A stretch of 64,000 nt of DNA from a virus: the IMG/VR virus record IMGVR_UViG_3300017934_000005, positions 1-64,000 of that record; one strand, 5' to 3'. Under the pieces are notes generated by a model, which worked only from the letters and a program-made list of their open reading frames with translations, had not been told where the DNA came from and did no database searches. This document shows positions 37,501-47,298 of this stretch, in pieces. Each line of letters begins with the position of its first letter. The stretch's first letter is position 1. Made by a program: the position numbers and the translations under genes.

Positions 37501-37793
37501 TTTGTTGACACGTTTTTCTATTTCAGACCCGCTTCCGATGCCTCCGCGTTCTCTGCTCACGTTCCTACCCCATTCAGCCAGGCGATGGCGGTTTCAGTTT
37601 CGTATTCCCAATCCTTGTAACGCTCTAGGGCATCTCGGGTGTCGTGATCGAACGGCATCCGGCGAAGTTGTTGCTCCGCCCTAGCGATAGCGTCTCTGGC
37701 ATTACTCAAGCTGGTATCCAAGAGCTTGCGGATTACGTCTCGTGGATTTTTCATACTGGTAACTCGAATCCCAGGCCGGCTTTCTCGGCCCAT
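34576..37793 (-). other. Run of short, tightly coupled accessory ORFs (e.g. 34576-34785, 34785-34985, 34987-35430, 35455-35703, 36386-36721, 36718-36906, 37351-37560, 37557-37793)
   Basis: Abutting or overlapping start/stop codons on the - strand. Confidence 0.6.
35688..36389 (-). CDS. Cupin-fold (cysteine-dioxygenase-like) protein
   Basis: RLHIW...IHDHPW...S.VIAG.Y; EIHES. Confidence 0.6.
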   Translation of the reverse strand: MSTEPLELSCPRIITNVSRPNFTKEFDLIRLLVETVLKSPYDLKWSVQGLGMIRTYLNDAVRLHIWISDFKIPGVSPIHDHPWHLYSQVIAGVYRQRRYTILDKDFFGQPITEDNSTFRAGRDAGLIELFNTATIKCGEGAFKTEDSKKVCVECAVEEEYRAGSNYMQYKDEIHESFPLDGTITIVTRTFTPDREHARIFWRGDGDWVDAAPRTATPAEIKLATQKALSWWTN

Positions 37794-38647
37794 TGTTTAC
37801 GAGCGATCAGGTTGTTTTCAAACTTCACATATCGGCCGGCGACTCCGGGGATCGAGTGGCCGAGCCAATAAGAGCTTAGACCCTGGGGTACATTCTGGGA
37901 CTCCAGGTGCGTGCGGCGAAAGCGACGGAATGCATGGAACCCGGTATTAAGCCCGGCACGATCCTGGAGATGGTTGTAGGCAGTGCGTTCGTCTACCGGG
38001 AAGAGTCGCCCTTCGCGCCAGATCACTTCTTTGTTCAGGTAGGCGTTCAGAACCGGGTCTAGGTCCACTTGCCGGTAGCCGGCTTCAGTCTTGGGGCTAT
38101 CCTGAATCTTGCCGTCCACCAGGGTAGAATTTACACGGATAATAGCCTGGTCTCGATCCCAGTCCTGGGCTTGGAGCGCCAAGGCTTCTCCGACGCGGAG
38201 CCCGGAGCCGGCCAGGAGTGCCAGGAAGCCGTGGATATAGCTCCCGAAGTGCTGAGCCCGGCTAATAGCCTCTTGGAGCCCTTCCCGGCCTATTGTAGGG
38301 GCGTTGACATCCTCATCCCGGACCACAGGAAGGTCGATAAATTCATTGTTCCAGGTCCGGGGATATAGTTGGTTCCCGTTGGGGTCTACGGCCGAGGCCA
38401 CAATCTTCTTCACGAGTCCCACCACAGCCGTGACCGTGGTGGGTGCCAGGCGCGGATGAATCTGGGCCACGAATGCTTTCAAGGTGCCGTTTTCGACATC
38501 CTTGAGATTCGCTTTACCCAGGTACGGCAGAACCCAGTTGTCCAGATAGCTCCGATAGGCTTTGATCGTCTTGGCCTTGGCGGGCTCACGGCGACGGGTC
38601 TGAATCTGGTCCATGAAGACCTGAGCTTGTTCACTCATCCGTATCAT
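37751..38647 (-). CDS. int: Tyrosine recombinase/integrase
   Basis: Catalytic R (GLRVGE), K (PKT), HxxR (HAFRR), H (LGHS), Y (GRY); N-terminal core-binding domain. Confidence 0.92.
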   Translation of the reverse strand: MIRMSEQAQVFMDQIQTRRREPAKAKTIKAYRSYLDNWVLPYLGKANLKDVENGTLKAFVAQIHPRLAPTTVTAVVGLVKKIVASAVDPNGNQLYPRTWNNEFIDLPVVRDEDVNAPTIGREGLQEAISRAQHFGSYIHGFLALLAGSGLRVGEALALQAQDWDRDQAIIRVNSTLVDGKIQDSPKTEAGYRQVDLDPVLNAYLNKEVIWREGRLFPVDERTAYNHLQDRAGLNTGFHAFRRFRRTHLESQNVPQGLSSYWLGHSIPGVAGRYVKFENNLIARKQWAEKAGLGFELPV

Positions 38648-38653
38648 GGCTAT

Positions 38654-38682
38654 AAATTACCAGATTCGCTGGACGTTGTCAA
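38654..38682 (-). promoter_or_regulatory. Sigma70-type promoter of the integrase
   Basis: - strand TTGACA-17-TAATTT with TGG before -10. Confidence 0.7.
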
Positions 38683-39029
38683 GAACTTTTTTTCCAAGTC
38701 AGCGTTGTTGGACAGGGAACGAATAGATACTGTGCAAGCATTGTTCGCGCTCGGCTTCGAGGCTTCGGCCAGTAGGATTTAACTTGAACGACAGCGAGAA
38801 CGTATTTTTTCTTTGCAGTACGTTGAAATTTTTCCGCATCCGGCCGTGTAGAGAAGAATTGAAATCCAGCACGATATCGTCGCTGATTTGAGGCTCCTGG
38901 ATTATGAACCCAGCGCATCTTTGCTTTGAGCCAAGTATTTCGTGGCACAAGTGTACTACCTTCGTGGGCATGATAGAGAAATTGAAGAGAGCCCCTTTGA
39001 TGAATGCGAAAAAGTTTATAAGCAGTCAC
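38679..39029 (-). CDS. Hypothetical basic protein
   Basis: 116-aa ORF coupled to the upstream gene. Confidence 0.6.
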   Translation of the reverse strand: MTAYKLFRIHQRGSLQFLYHAHEGSTLVPRNTWLKAKMRWVHNPGASNQRRYRAGFQFFSTRPDAEKFQRTAKKKYVLAVVQVKSYWPKPRSRARTMLAQYLFVPCPTTLTWKKSS

Positions 39030-39031
39030 GT

Positions 39032-39424
39032 TTAATTTCCGGTCGCATCCGGCTCGGGCTCAATAAAGTAGGTGTCATGAATCTTGAGTCCAATCGGCCG
39101 ATTGATGTTCTCGACTTGGCCGAGTCTTTGGGAACGATCCAGGTATTTTGCCATCTTGCGCCGTTTCGCGTTCTTGGCCTCCAGAAGTTCCCAGGGACTG
39201 ATTTCAGGAAGTTCACCAATGTCTGTGAGAACGTCTAGGACTCCGAGCAAGTCATTGACTTCGGCTCGAAGTTTTTCTGCGTTACTCGGAGCTTCGAAGT
39301 TTTCTCCTGCGCCTTTTAGCCAGCGGCAGTCCTTGCCAAACTGCATCTGTTTCGAAATTACCTGAGAAATTTCAGCGCATTCTTCCGCGAGCTTGTTCAA
39401 GTAATACTGACGAATTGTCATCAT
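39032..39424 (-). CDS. MazG-like NTP pyrophosphohydrolase
   Basis: LAEECAEI...AEVNDLL (EExxE...ExxD). Confidence 0.75.
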   Translation of the reverse strand: MMTIRQYYLNKLAEECAEISQVISKQMQFGKDCRWLKGAGENFEAPSNAEKLRAEVNDLLGVLDVLTDIGELPEISPWELLEAKNAKRRKMAKYLDRSQRLGQVENINRPIGLKIHDTYFIEPEPDATGN

Positions 39425-40173
39425 GATACTCTCACCAGGATCGCGGTCGCGTTGTCGTTAGTAGGAGTTCGTGTGGCACGAGTCACGAGTTCAGGAGCTT
39501 CGGCTCCGGCATCGATGAGGCCGGCGATTACGTCTCCCTCGCTAATGTTGTGATGGCTCGGATCAAGGACTCCATCCGAGGCCACTAGCGCCCAATCTCC
39601 GTACTCACCGAACGGAAGGGAACGAATCTCAGGCTCGTGGCTGAGAAATTTTAGGTTAGTGTCGCCTAAGGCTCTAGTCATTTGCAGACCAGGACTATAG
39701 TCATCGGGATACATGCCAGTATGGAGGGGTTGACAAACGTAGCCGCCTTGATAGATTGCACCACGCATGACCGCATCTTCGCGTTCCTCCGGGTTAGAAC
39801 GTGCGTTATGATCGGGTCCGATGAAAATCTCGTTGCCCGACTTCACGATCACAGGACTGTCGCCCAAGACCGCGACGAAGATCAATGGCGCAGATTTGGG
39901 CAAATAGATCAGGGAGAGAGTGGTTCCGGCCTCCATCTCACAGGTCTGCAGATCGAGGCTGTGGTAGAGTTCTCTGATCTGGGTCTCCGGGTTCGGGTTG
40001 TCATGGAGAATCCATTTTTGGTGAATCCAGTTCTTAATCTCTTTACTGGCAGCGTCACCGCCGTGGCCGTCTGCAACCCACACAAGCGTGCCGGTATAGA
40101 ATTCTTCGATCCCAAATGTGTCTTCTTGATATTCCCGATGACCCTGGGCTTGAGCTTGACTATAGATTTTCAC
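39421..40173 (-). CDS. PP2C-family Ser/Thr phosphatase
   Basis: QED, VADGHGG, GTT, LGDS, DH, TRALGD, ASDG, DNAT. Confidence 0.92.
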   Translation of the reverse strand: MKIYSQAQAQGHREYQEDTFGIEEFYTGTLVWVADGHGGDAASKEIKNWIHQKWILHDNPNPETQIRELYHSLDLQTCEMEAGTTLSLIYLPKSAPLIFVAVLGDSPVIVKSGNEIFIGPDHNARSNPEEREDAVMRGAIYQGGYVCQPLHTGMYPDDYSPGLQMTRALGDTNLKFLSHEPEIRSLPFGEYGDWALVASDGVLDPSHHNISEGDVIAGLIDAGAEAPELVTRATRTPTNDNATAILVRVS

Positions 40174-41395
40174 GGGGTTCTGCCTTGTCTAGGTTAAAAC
40201 GGTCATTATCGATTTCGACTATTTGTCCGATTCGTGCCATGTATTTTCCAGTAGGAAGCAGGGCTCCGTTCATTTTTCGAAACATTATTTTGTAGATGGG
40301 TCCTCGCTTCCTCAGAATCATTTTGATGTCAATCACTTCGGGGTTCTTCTTGTCCTTCTCTTCTTGGTAACGATTCGCGCAAGGTTTGCCCTCGTTGCGG
40401 CCGAAGAAACCATCGCCACATCCGCAATAGATACACAGATCATACATGCCTCCGAAGGCGTGGGGATACTTTTTGCGTTCCTCGGCCTCGCAGTTAGCAG
40501 CCAGGATCGCTTCTCTGGTAGCTACCCAAGTCTTGAATTCCTTATATTCATTGTGATCCAGGTTCATGATAACCTTGGCGAAGAAACCGAATTCTGTTGC
40601 TATACTTCCGTCATAGTGATAGGTGTGAAAATTTGTAATTCCATCATGTTGTTGCGATGCCATAACTCTCCTTTACTTTCTTCATGATTTCGATAGAGAC
40701 GTACTCAGGAAGCAAGGCTTCCTCGTTAATCTCATGCTCCTCAAATTTGCCAAAGTCGCCAGCAACCTTGAGTTGATTCTTGACTTCCTGGACGAAGTCA
40801 TCGAGCCACTCATTCACGACTCGAACTTGAGCTTCCAGGCTTCCGTTTGTGACGTGACCGTCATACTTAATGCCGGCTCTATGAAGTTCTTCGCTCAGGT
40901 TCATTTTTCATACCCAGTAGTTCTCGGGCAATCCCACACCAACAATTACAGTATGGATCGTTGGTTCCAAAATAGCCTTCTGCCATCGGACATGAATAGA
41001 ATCCGTCTTCGCAGTCACTGTGATGTTCTGCAATTCGTTGGACGAAAGCAACTAAGTTGTCAAAATTCTCTCGGGTGAATTCCATTATTTTGTCAAGTTC
41101 TTCAACGGAACGAAGTCCGGGCAGTTCCGAGCACTGGTAAGCATTTTTCCAAATTCTTCCTGACTCGTGTGGTAGGCGCTAAATTCCCAATGATTTTTTG
41201 AACAATCTATGTAGAAGTTTGAACCAGGTGTCCATTCGCTATAGCCTGGCGAGGCTTCTCTATAGTAAAAGTGCTGACAAAACCAGCATAGCTTGTTTTC
41301 AGGTTTGATTTCGACTATTTCATTATTGGTTTTGCAATCTGGACAGATTTTCCCCGGCCACATCCTTCCGCAGTGTGTACATCTTTTGTGTTCGC

Positions 41396-41680
41396 TCATT
41401 TTTTGTTTCCCCAGACCACGATCTTTTCTCCGAAGTAGAGCATCATGGCGAAGTAGGCTGCGTTTGCTACCATACGGGGAATCTCACCTACCAGGGATAC
41501 ATTCTGGTTCAAGTGGATGTAGAAATAAATTCGCCACACAGACAGGAAGAGCCAGAAGAAATTCGTGATCAGGGACTCTCCGTAGTAGCCCCGAGCTTTC
41601 CAGAGTACACGGACGTTATACCAGACTGCGAGTCCAGTCAAAGATTCCAGAATGCCATTGGCGATGTCTTGCCAATTCAT
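41396..41680 (-). CDS. Three-TM PQ-loop/SemiSWEET-like membrane protein
   Basis: 94 aa, three hydrophobic helices, GES motif after TM1. Confidence 0.5.
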   Translation of the reverse strand: MNWQDIANGILESLTGLAVWYNVRVLWKARGYYGESLITNFFWLFLSVWRIYFYIHLNQNVSLVGEIPRMVANAAYFAMMLYFGEKIVVWGNKK

Positions 41681-41885
41681 AATTTTTCCAAAAACTCCTG
41701 GACTATCTGGTCGATGCTGTGGGGTCCGTTACCAAAGTCCAAAGCCGCTAGAGTCCGAGCGGAAGCAGCATGGTATTTAGCTTTTTCTTCATCATTGCGA
41801 GCTAATTCATAACCAGCCAACACAACATGGTGAAACACAAAGTGTGGTTGGTCTCGCATTGCTTTTTCCACGAGTGCAACTGGTG

Positions 41886-42389
41886 TCAGCATTTCAAATC
41901 ACGAATGTCACTTGCAATCTCTTCGATTTCACAACCCAGTTTAATATTAAGTAGAGAACCGCAACGTCTGGAATGCAGTCCTTTTTTCTCAACAATCAGT
42001 GCTGCCGTTTCTAATTTTTGGTTGGAGGAGCAGGACTGCGGGAACCCGCTTCCTCCAACCCCCGCAGGTGGTTCCGGCCGGAGTTGAGAGACCCACTTTT
42101 GTCCGGGTAGGACGTAAAGCGGCGTGCTCCAGTGAAGAGACAGCGCCAGAATTACGTAATCAGGATGCAGAACGTGCTGTAATGCGTGGTCAATTTCGCC
42201 GAGTATGTAGGTTATCCTAGCATACTGGAACCGGCCGGAATATTGTTCTGTCTGCGGATCATACTCACGCAAGAACAGGAAGTCGCCGAGCTTGAAGTCG
42301 CGGTCATTCACGCGAAGCTCGAAGGTCTTTTCACCACTGATGACTCGGGTGAAGAACTGAGGCCAGCTTTTAAGTTCGTGTATTTTCAT
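41886..42389 (-). CDS. ASCH/DUF3850 domain protein
   Basis: HELKSWPQFF...SGEKTFELRVNDRDFKLGD. Confidence 0.85.
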   Translation of the reverse strand: MKIHELKSWPQFFTRVISGEKTFELRVNDRDFKLGDFLFLREYDPQTEQYSGRFQYARITYILGEIDHALQHVLHPDYVILALSLHWSTPLYVLPGQKWVSQLRPEPPAGVGGSGFPQSCSSNQKLETAALIVEKKGLHSRRCGSLLNIKLGCEIEEIASDIRDLKC

Positions 42390-43669
42390 TTAGATGTCCT
42401 CAGCAATGCGTTCTTCGCATTCGTCACAGACAAAGATTTCAATTTCTTCTCCATCTACATCTTGAGCGTAAGGGTCTAATCTCCAACGAGTGCTGTCTTT
42501 TTCTTCGTGACAGTAATCACAAACGCTCATTGAGGCGGCTCCGGTACCGTCCTGTTCAGAGTGGCGAGACTGATACTGTCTTGTCTTGCTCTATACTCTT
42601 CATGGTCTTTCCGAATCTTTTGGTCTTGTAACTCCATCCTGGCATCTCTTAACCCGAGTTCGAAGTAGTAGTCCAACCAAGCCAGATAGGATTTTCTCAC
42701 GACTCGATCCGGTAGTGTCTTAGCCCAGGCTCGAATTGTGTCTATTTTTGCCTGCTCCGCATCCAGAATTGGATTCCAGTGGTCTGGGTTGTAGTTATGA
42801 CTGAGCCAAATCTCCAGATCGTTGATATGCCGTAGTCGGGACTGCAGGGCGTGCAGCACTTTCCGGTCTAGGGCTTCGTACTCGATGCTGCCCTCTTTGA
42901 GTTCTTTAACTTCTTTCTCAAGACGAGCCGCTACCTTCTCCATTCGAACTGGTTTCTTCCACCAATTCTTGAAACGTTTGATGAATGTCATTACTTTATA
43001 TCCATTTTACAAACAGCGGCCCATCCTAGCAATCCAAGAAAGAAACAAATGAGTTCGATGTAGGACTTCTGGGTTCCAACCGCGAGCCCCCAGCCGGCTC
43101 CGATGAAGATTGCGTATCCATAAACAACCTTCATATTACAAATCTCCAGTAGAGATAGGCGTCAAAGACAAAAAGCGCCAGATCAAGAAGAACCATGCCT
43201 GTGATCGTGACTCTCATCCTCGTAATGATGCTCTCCATGCATTTGTCTCTTGCGTTAGGAAAGCTTGAATGAGTTGTAAACAAGACGAATCCCACAGTGT
43301 TGTGTCGGCCGGGAAGAACACATATTTTCTCCATCCCGGCCAAAAACGTATTTCGCCGAGACGTTCTTGACTCTCTCGATGCCGTATAGTCCAGGTCCTG
43401 GTTTTACGCGACGGATCGTGTGACTCCACGAATTCAATATAGGTCTTAGTGTCCACGTCTCCCCCAAGTGAATGTGATTCCCATGGCGATGTTTTTATTC
43501 TTGGCCCCAGCCGTTGGAATCAAGTTTAGCCAGATCGCCTCTGGTGCGATCCTGGGCACGTCGAGTTGATGACCACCCCGATCTGGCAACCTGAGGGTTG
43601 CAACCTGGGGAGGAAACACGGCTCCCAACGGAGTCGCAAAACTGAAAGACAGCACGAGTGAGGCTAAGA

Positions 43670-44050
43670 TCATTCGCTCACCTTAATATCAAAGGTTCCG
43701 AACGGCAACCAGATCGCTCCGGGCATGATGTCTTGCAAATTCTTGGCTCCGCTTGGATTCAGAGAGTGGATTACGACTCGTTTCCCCACATTCGGGTCTC
43801 GTTCTACCAGATACTTCGCCACGTCCGTGCTGAAAGGCGGCATATAAGGTGCGCCTCCCAGATCGTGATCGAAGAAAAACAGATCGAAATAACCAGTACC
43901 AAGAGATTTGAAAGTCTGAATCGCCTGTTCTGGCGAATCGGTGTGACCCAACAGCCTGATTCCAAGTCGATCCTGAAACCACCTGATCCGTTCCGGGTTA
44001 TCCTCAATCAGGAAAACAGTCGCGTTCTTAGGGACAGTAATAAGTGCCAA
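43670..44050 (-). CDS. Cyclic-phosphate-processing receiver-like domain protein
   Basis: LIEDN, FDHDLG and VIHSLNPSGA motifs. Confidence 0.78.
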   Translation of the reverse strand: MALITVPKNATVFLIEDNPERIRWFQDRLGIRLLGHTDSPEQAIQTFKSLGTGYFDLFFFDHDLGGAPYMPPFSTDVAKYLVERDPNVGKRVVIHSLNPSGAKNLQDIMPGAIWLPFGTFDIKVSE

Positions 44051-45890
44051 GTTTGCCTCATATAGATCGGGCCGGCCTGGATCACTGCCAGGAGCGGAGC
44101 CCAGTTATCCGGCCGCAGGATGCCATGTTGCGGGCAGAGAAAAAATTCATAGAGAGAGTTCATCCCACAAACTCAACCTGGATGTCGTGTCGAGCAAAAA
44201 TTTCCGAGATTTTCTGTTCTCGATCCAGATCAGAAATATTCTCGTCATCATTGGTCCGATATGCCAAATCAACGTCTGCAGTTGCACAGCCTGGTTCGAG
44301 AAGCCAACCTGGGAGAGTAACATCGTTTTCTAGATGAAGTTCGTCCGCATCCTTGGCACCTGTAAGATAGTTTTCAGGTACTGGCAAGGCACTGCAGAGA
44401 ATTCCTATACAACACTGTTTTCCATCGGCTTTGCGACGGAGATAAGAAACTTCGCTGCCTTCGCCCCGAAGCCAAATTTTTCGATCAATTATGAGCTTCA
44501 TCTTTCCTCCTTGACACCAAGCACATTTGCCGCAAGTACATTTCATCAGATGCTTTCATTCACAGTTTCTGGGTTATACTCGACTTCAAACTCGATGGGG
44601 TTAACCGGATCGTCGTGATCATAATCTCGAATAAAATTGGATGCCACAGTTGGTAACGGCTGTCGTGCCCAGAAAGGTGAGTTGCTTCTATCAAGGTGTG
44701 TAGTCCAATCTAAACTAAACACCCAGGTAACCGGGATGCCGGCATCTCGCATCGCCAAAAAGACCGGGCAGTTTCCGCCATTCGCTCGGCATCCCTGGCG
44801 AATGTGCTCTTCTGTAACTTGAATTCTGATCATTGTTTGTACCTGTAAATATATTGATTCAATCCAACCCTGAGCGTGAACAAGCCTCTCCAATCCTCGG
44901 TCTGGTCCTCATCAACCTTGAGCATCTCGATCTGGACATCAGAGATGAGCCCATATGCTTTCTCCAGTTGTTTGATCTGCTCAGGTGTCGGTTTCATCTC
45001 TTGGGCTCGTCTATTCGAATTGAGTTTCCACTCACCGGCTGAAATCTCAAAGACCCGAAGCCGGCGCTCACGTCCAAGTAATAGAGTCCAAGTTCTTCGT
45101 GGAGCGTCACGTAGACTTCGCGCTCCTGGTTAGGCTTACCGACCAGGAAAGTTATACTTCTGGCCGGTACGTAGCGCCTCTTCGTGACCGGACAATTAGT
45201 TCCGGCCACTTCTCCCGTACAGGCGCGCTCTTCGTAGAACACCTTGGAAGGCGTCTGGGAGTCCTGGAATTCATTCAGGATCGTGACCGCGTTCTCACGT
45301 TCGCGGATCAAATCCTTGATGTAGTCCTGAGCCCACTTAGGAAGTTTTTCGACGTTGCCGTGTAGCTTTGCCACTGTCGGCCTTTCTGGGCTGGAGAGCC
45401 CACCGCTTCAGGATCGCGGCTGCTTTGGGTTCGAAGTAGACGCAACCAATCAGAAGACCTGGTTTGCTATAAATTGGCAGTGAGTCCGCAAGACCCCACA
45501 TAGTTTTTTCCCAAGACTCACCAGGATAATGGCCGTCAAGAGTTATGTATTTTTCTCCTCGGAAATACCTGGCAATTTGGGTCCGTTTCACGCTACGCCG
45601 AATCTTTTCGCCCGCGCCCACGAGTTGATGCAGGTAGAGAGACGTGAGACGGAAAAAATTATTGCCTGAACTAAAGTTTCTCGGAAGTTTCATTTTTTCT
45701 CCTTTTTATTCCTTGCCATCTCGTATGGCTTGAAGGTGCTCCCATTCGTACTTGGCATCTTCGAGCCATGAAACTGCCAGGTCCAGTAATTCTCTCTGGA
45801 GAGCACTGTCTACCTGCTTCATCGCTTTGATAAAGTATTTCCAGTGCGGGCTGAGCAGGTACCGAACATGACGAATTACAGGCCAGAATT

Positions 45891-46442
45891 TCATTTGCCC
45901 GCCAATACCTGAACCTTGAGAGCGTAAGCATCCGCATCAGGACCTATGCCATCGTAGTGACTGACCCAAGATCGACCGTAAGTCTTAATCATAGACGCCA
46001 TGATCTTAGTCCCAGTGTCCATGTTCTGCTCAGGATTGAAAAGATTAACCTGGGCGAAATCATACGCGGAAGCCTGAACCTTGACATTGATCTGTGTGAG
46101 TCCAACGGCACCCTTGCCGGAAATCGCCAGTGGATTGCAACTAGATTCCACGGAAACGATGGCCGCTATCATATTGGCCGGAACCTGATTGCGAATCGAG
46201 TTCTCAGCGGTCATCTCTGCAAGTTTCATATCGCCACAGCCAGATTTGCCATAGATTCGAGCCGCGTCAAAGAATGCCTTGCGAAATGTGACATTCTGAT
46301 ACGGGTCTATTACTGGAGTAACAGCAGCTTTCACACTTGATTGTGTCGTAAACGGAAACACCATCGTCTCCGCTTTTGGCTGAATTGGTGCCAAAGTTGC
46401 CGCCAGCAAAACCAAGGCTTGGAAAGTGTTGATAAGCTTCAC
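45891..46442 (-). CDS. Lytic transglycosylase (SLT) with signal peptide
   Basis: VESS, GAVGLTQI, NLFNPEQN; AGGAGG SD before GTG46442. Confidence 0.88.
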   Translation of the reverse strand: MKLINTFQALVLLAATLAPIQPKAETMVFPFTTQSSVKAAVTPVIDPYQNVTFRKAFFDAARIYGKSGCGDMKLAEMTAENSIRNQVPANMIAAIVSVESSCNPLAISGKGAVGLTQINVKVQASAYDFAQVNLFNPEQNMDTGTKIMASMIKTYGRSWVSHYDGIGPDADAYALKVQVLAGK

Positions 46443-46508
46443 GCTATCCTCCTTTGAAAAGTTAGAGCCGGTACTCCCATTAGCTTCTTCCACTTATACG
46501 GGTGCTTA

Positions 46509-46800
46509 TGGTGGATGTCGGCCGCTTCGTCGGGTCTTCCCCTCCACGGTCACGCTTCCCGGCTCCAGATGGGCTCACGTGAGCCCAGGTGCACCACATC
46601 TATTTATACAGCGACTCATCAGGAGTCAACTGTGTTCGGCACCATTCTGGCCGGCCTGATGCCCGGCTAGATGCCGCCTTTTGCCGACTATTGACCCCAC
46701 GTCTGGTCCATTCGGTCGGCATAGATTTTAGAGCCGAATCATCGTTCGGCTCAACTCAAGAATGGCGGCGAGGGGCGTCTCCGTTGGACCCCTACTTTAA
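46509..46800 (-). ncRNA. Large multi-hairpin ncRNA region ending in ...ACATCCACCA
   Basis: At least 6 GC-rich stems and no convincing ORF. Confidence 0.5.
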
Positions 46801-46840
46801 TCCGTGACGAACAATAACGAACACAGAACCACGTTAATAG

Positions 46841-46969
46841 CGCCGATGCTGGGAGTCGAACCCAGATTCCCGCTTTACAGGAGCGGTGTCTTTCCAGAGA
46901 GCCTTTTATAAGCGCCGTCTACACGGCTTACCCTTCGCTTTGCGCAGGCTCTACTTAGACCACATCGAT
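46841..46969 (-). tRNA. tRNA-like RNA, anticodon UGU (Thr), with 55-nt D-loop insert
   Basis: Intact D stem GTCT/AGAC, CCGCT-CCTGTAA-AGCGG, CTGGG-TTCGACT-CCCAG; insert at 46898-46952; 3' end G-CTA. Confidence 0.8.
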
Positions 46970-46975
46970 TACCGG

Positions 46976-47117
46976 TAGGAGCCGAGGCACATTATGTGTC
47001 CTCTTTGGCGACGATCCCAGGTGCCAAGGCCGGCAGCACCGACTCTTCACGTCACCCGGACGATTATTCCTCAGCTTGGTCGGCTTCGGCTTATCGTCCC
47101 ATCCTATATAGCTCCTA
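46976..47117 (-). ncRNA. 142-nt four-way-junction RNA
   Basis: Closing stem TAGGAGC/GCTCCTA; arms GGACGAT/ATCGTCC, GGTGACG/CGTCGCC, GAGG-CACA/TGTG-CCTC. Confidence 0.55.
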
Positions 47118-47123
47118 AATCGC

Positions 47124-47293
47124 GTCCTGGTCGGGGGTTCAACCCGCATCTCCGGTACTAGTATGCTGATTTAGAAGTTCAGCGTCTATGACCAGAATCT
47201 TTTTGTTGAGATGAATTGTTCGCGGCCCTCTACAGGGCTTACCCTTCCGCTTTTCATCTCTCAAGAGCGCAAGGCTCTTTAGACGACAGGAAT
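47124..47293 (-). ncRNA. Degenerate tRNA-like RNA with inserts in the D-loop and anticodon loop
   Basis: TCCTG/CAGGA acceptor, GTCT/AGAT D stem, CTGGT/ACCGG stem, GCGGG-TTGAACC-CCCG T-arm; carries the same insert module as 46841-46969. Confidence 0.6.
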
Positions 47294-47298
47294 ATCGT

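Larger units (their letters stand above)
40160..45937 (-). other. Run of short accessory ORFs (40160-40663, 40644-40904, 40879-41085, 41085-41399, 41677-41892, 42527-42991, 43214-43456, 43446-43673, 44160-44546, 44546-44893, 44994-45374, 45337-45693, 45706-45894)
   Basis: Coupled - strand ORFs, several with Zn-finger Cys pairs. Confidence 0.55.

Noticed and set aside
37755-37785. TCGAATCCC at the integrase 3' end as a tRNA-derived attP
   Set aside because: No paired T-stem or acceptor strand; the match is too short
46515-46630. Hammerhead-like CTGATGA-GTCG...CGAC-GAAG on the - strand
   Set aside because: The core needs GAAA and stems I/III, which I could not build; CTGATGA is explained by the local GACTC/GAGTC hairpin
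46509-46800. tmRNA (3' TCCACCA) or RNase P RNA (ACAGAACC on the + strand)
   Set aside because: No T-arm before the CCA, no GGGG..TTCGAC 5' end pairing with it, and no GAGGAAAGTCC P4 motif
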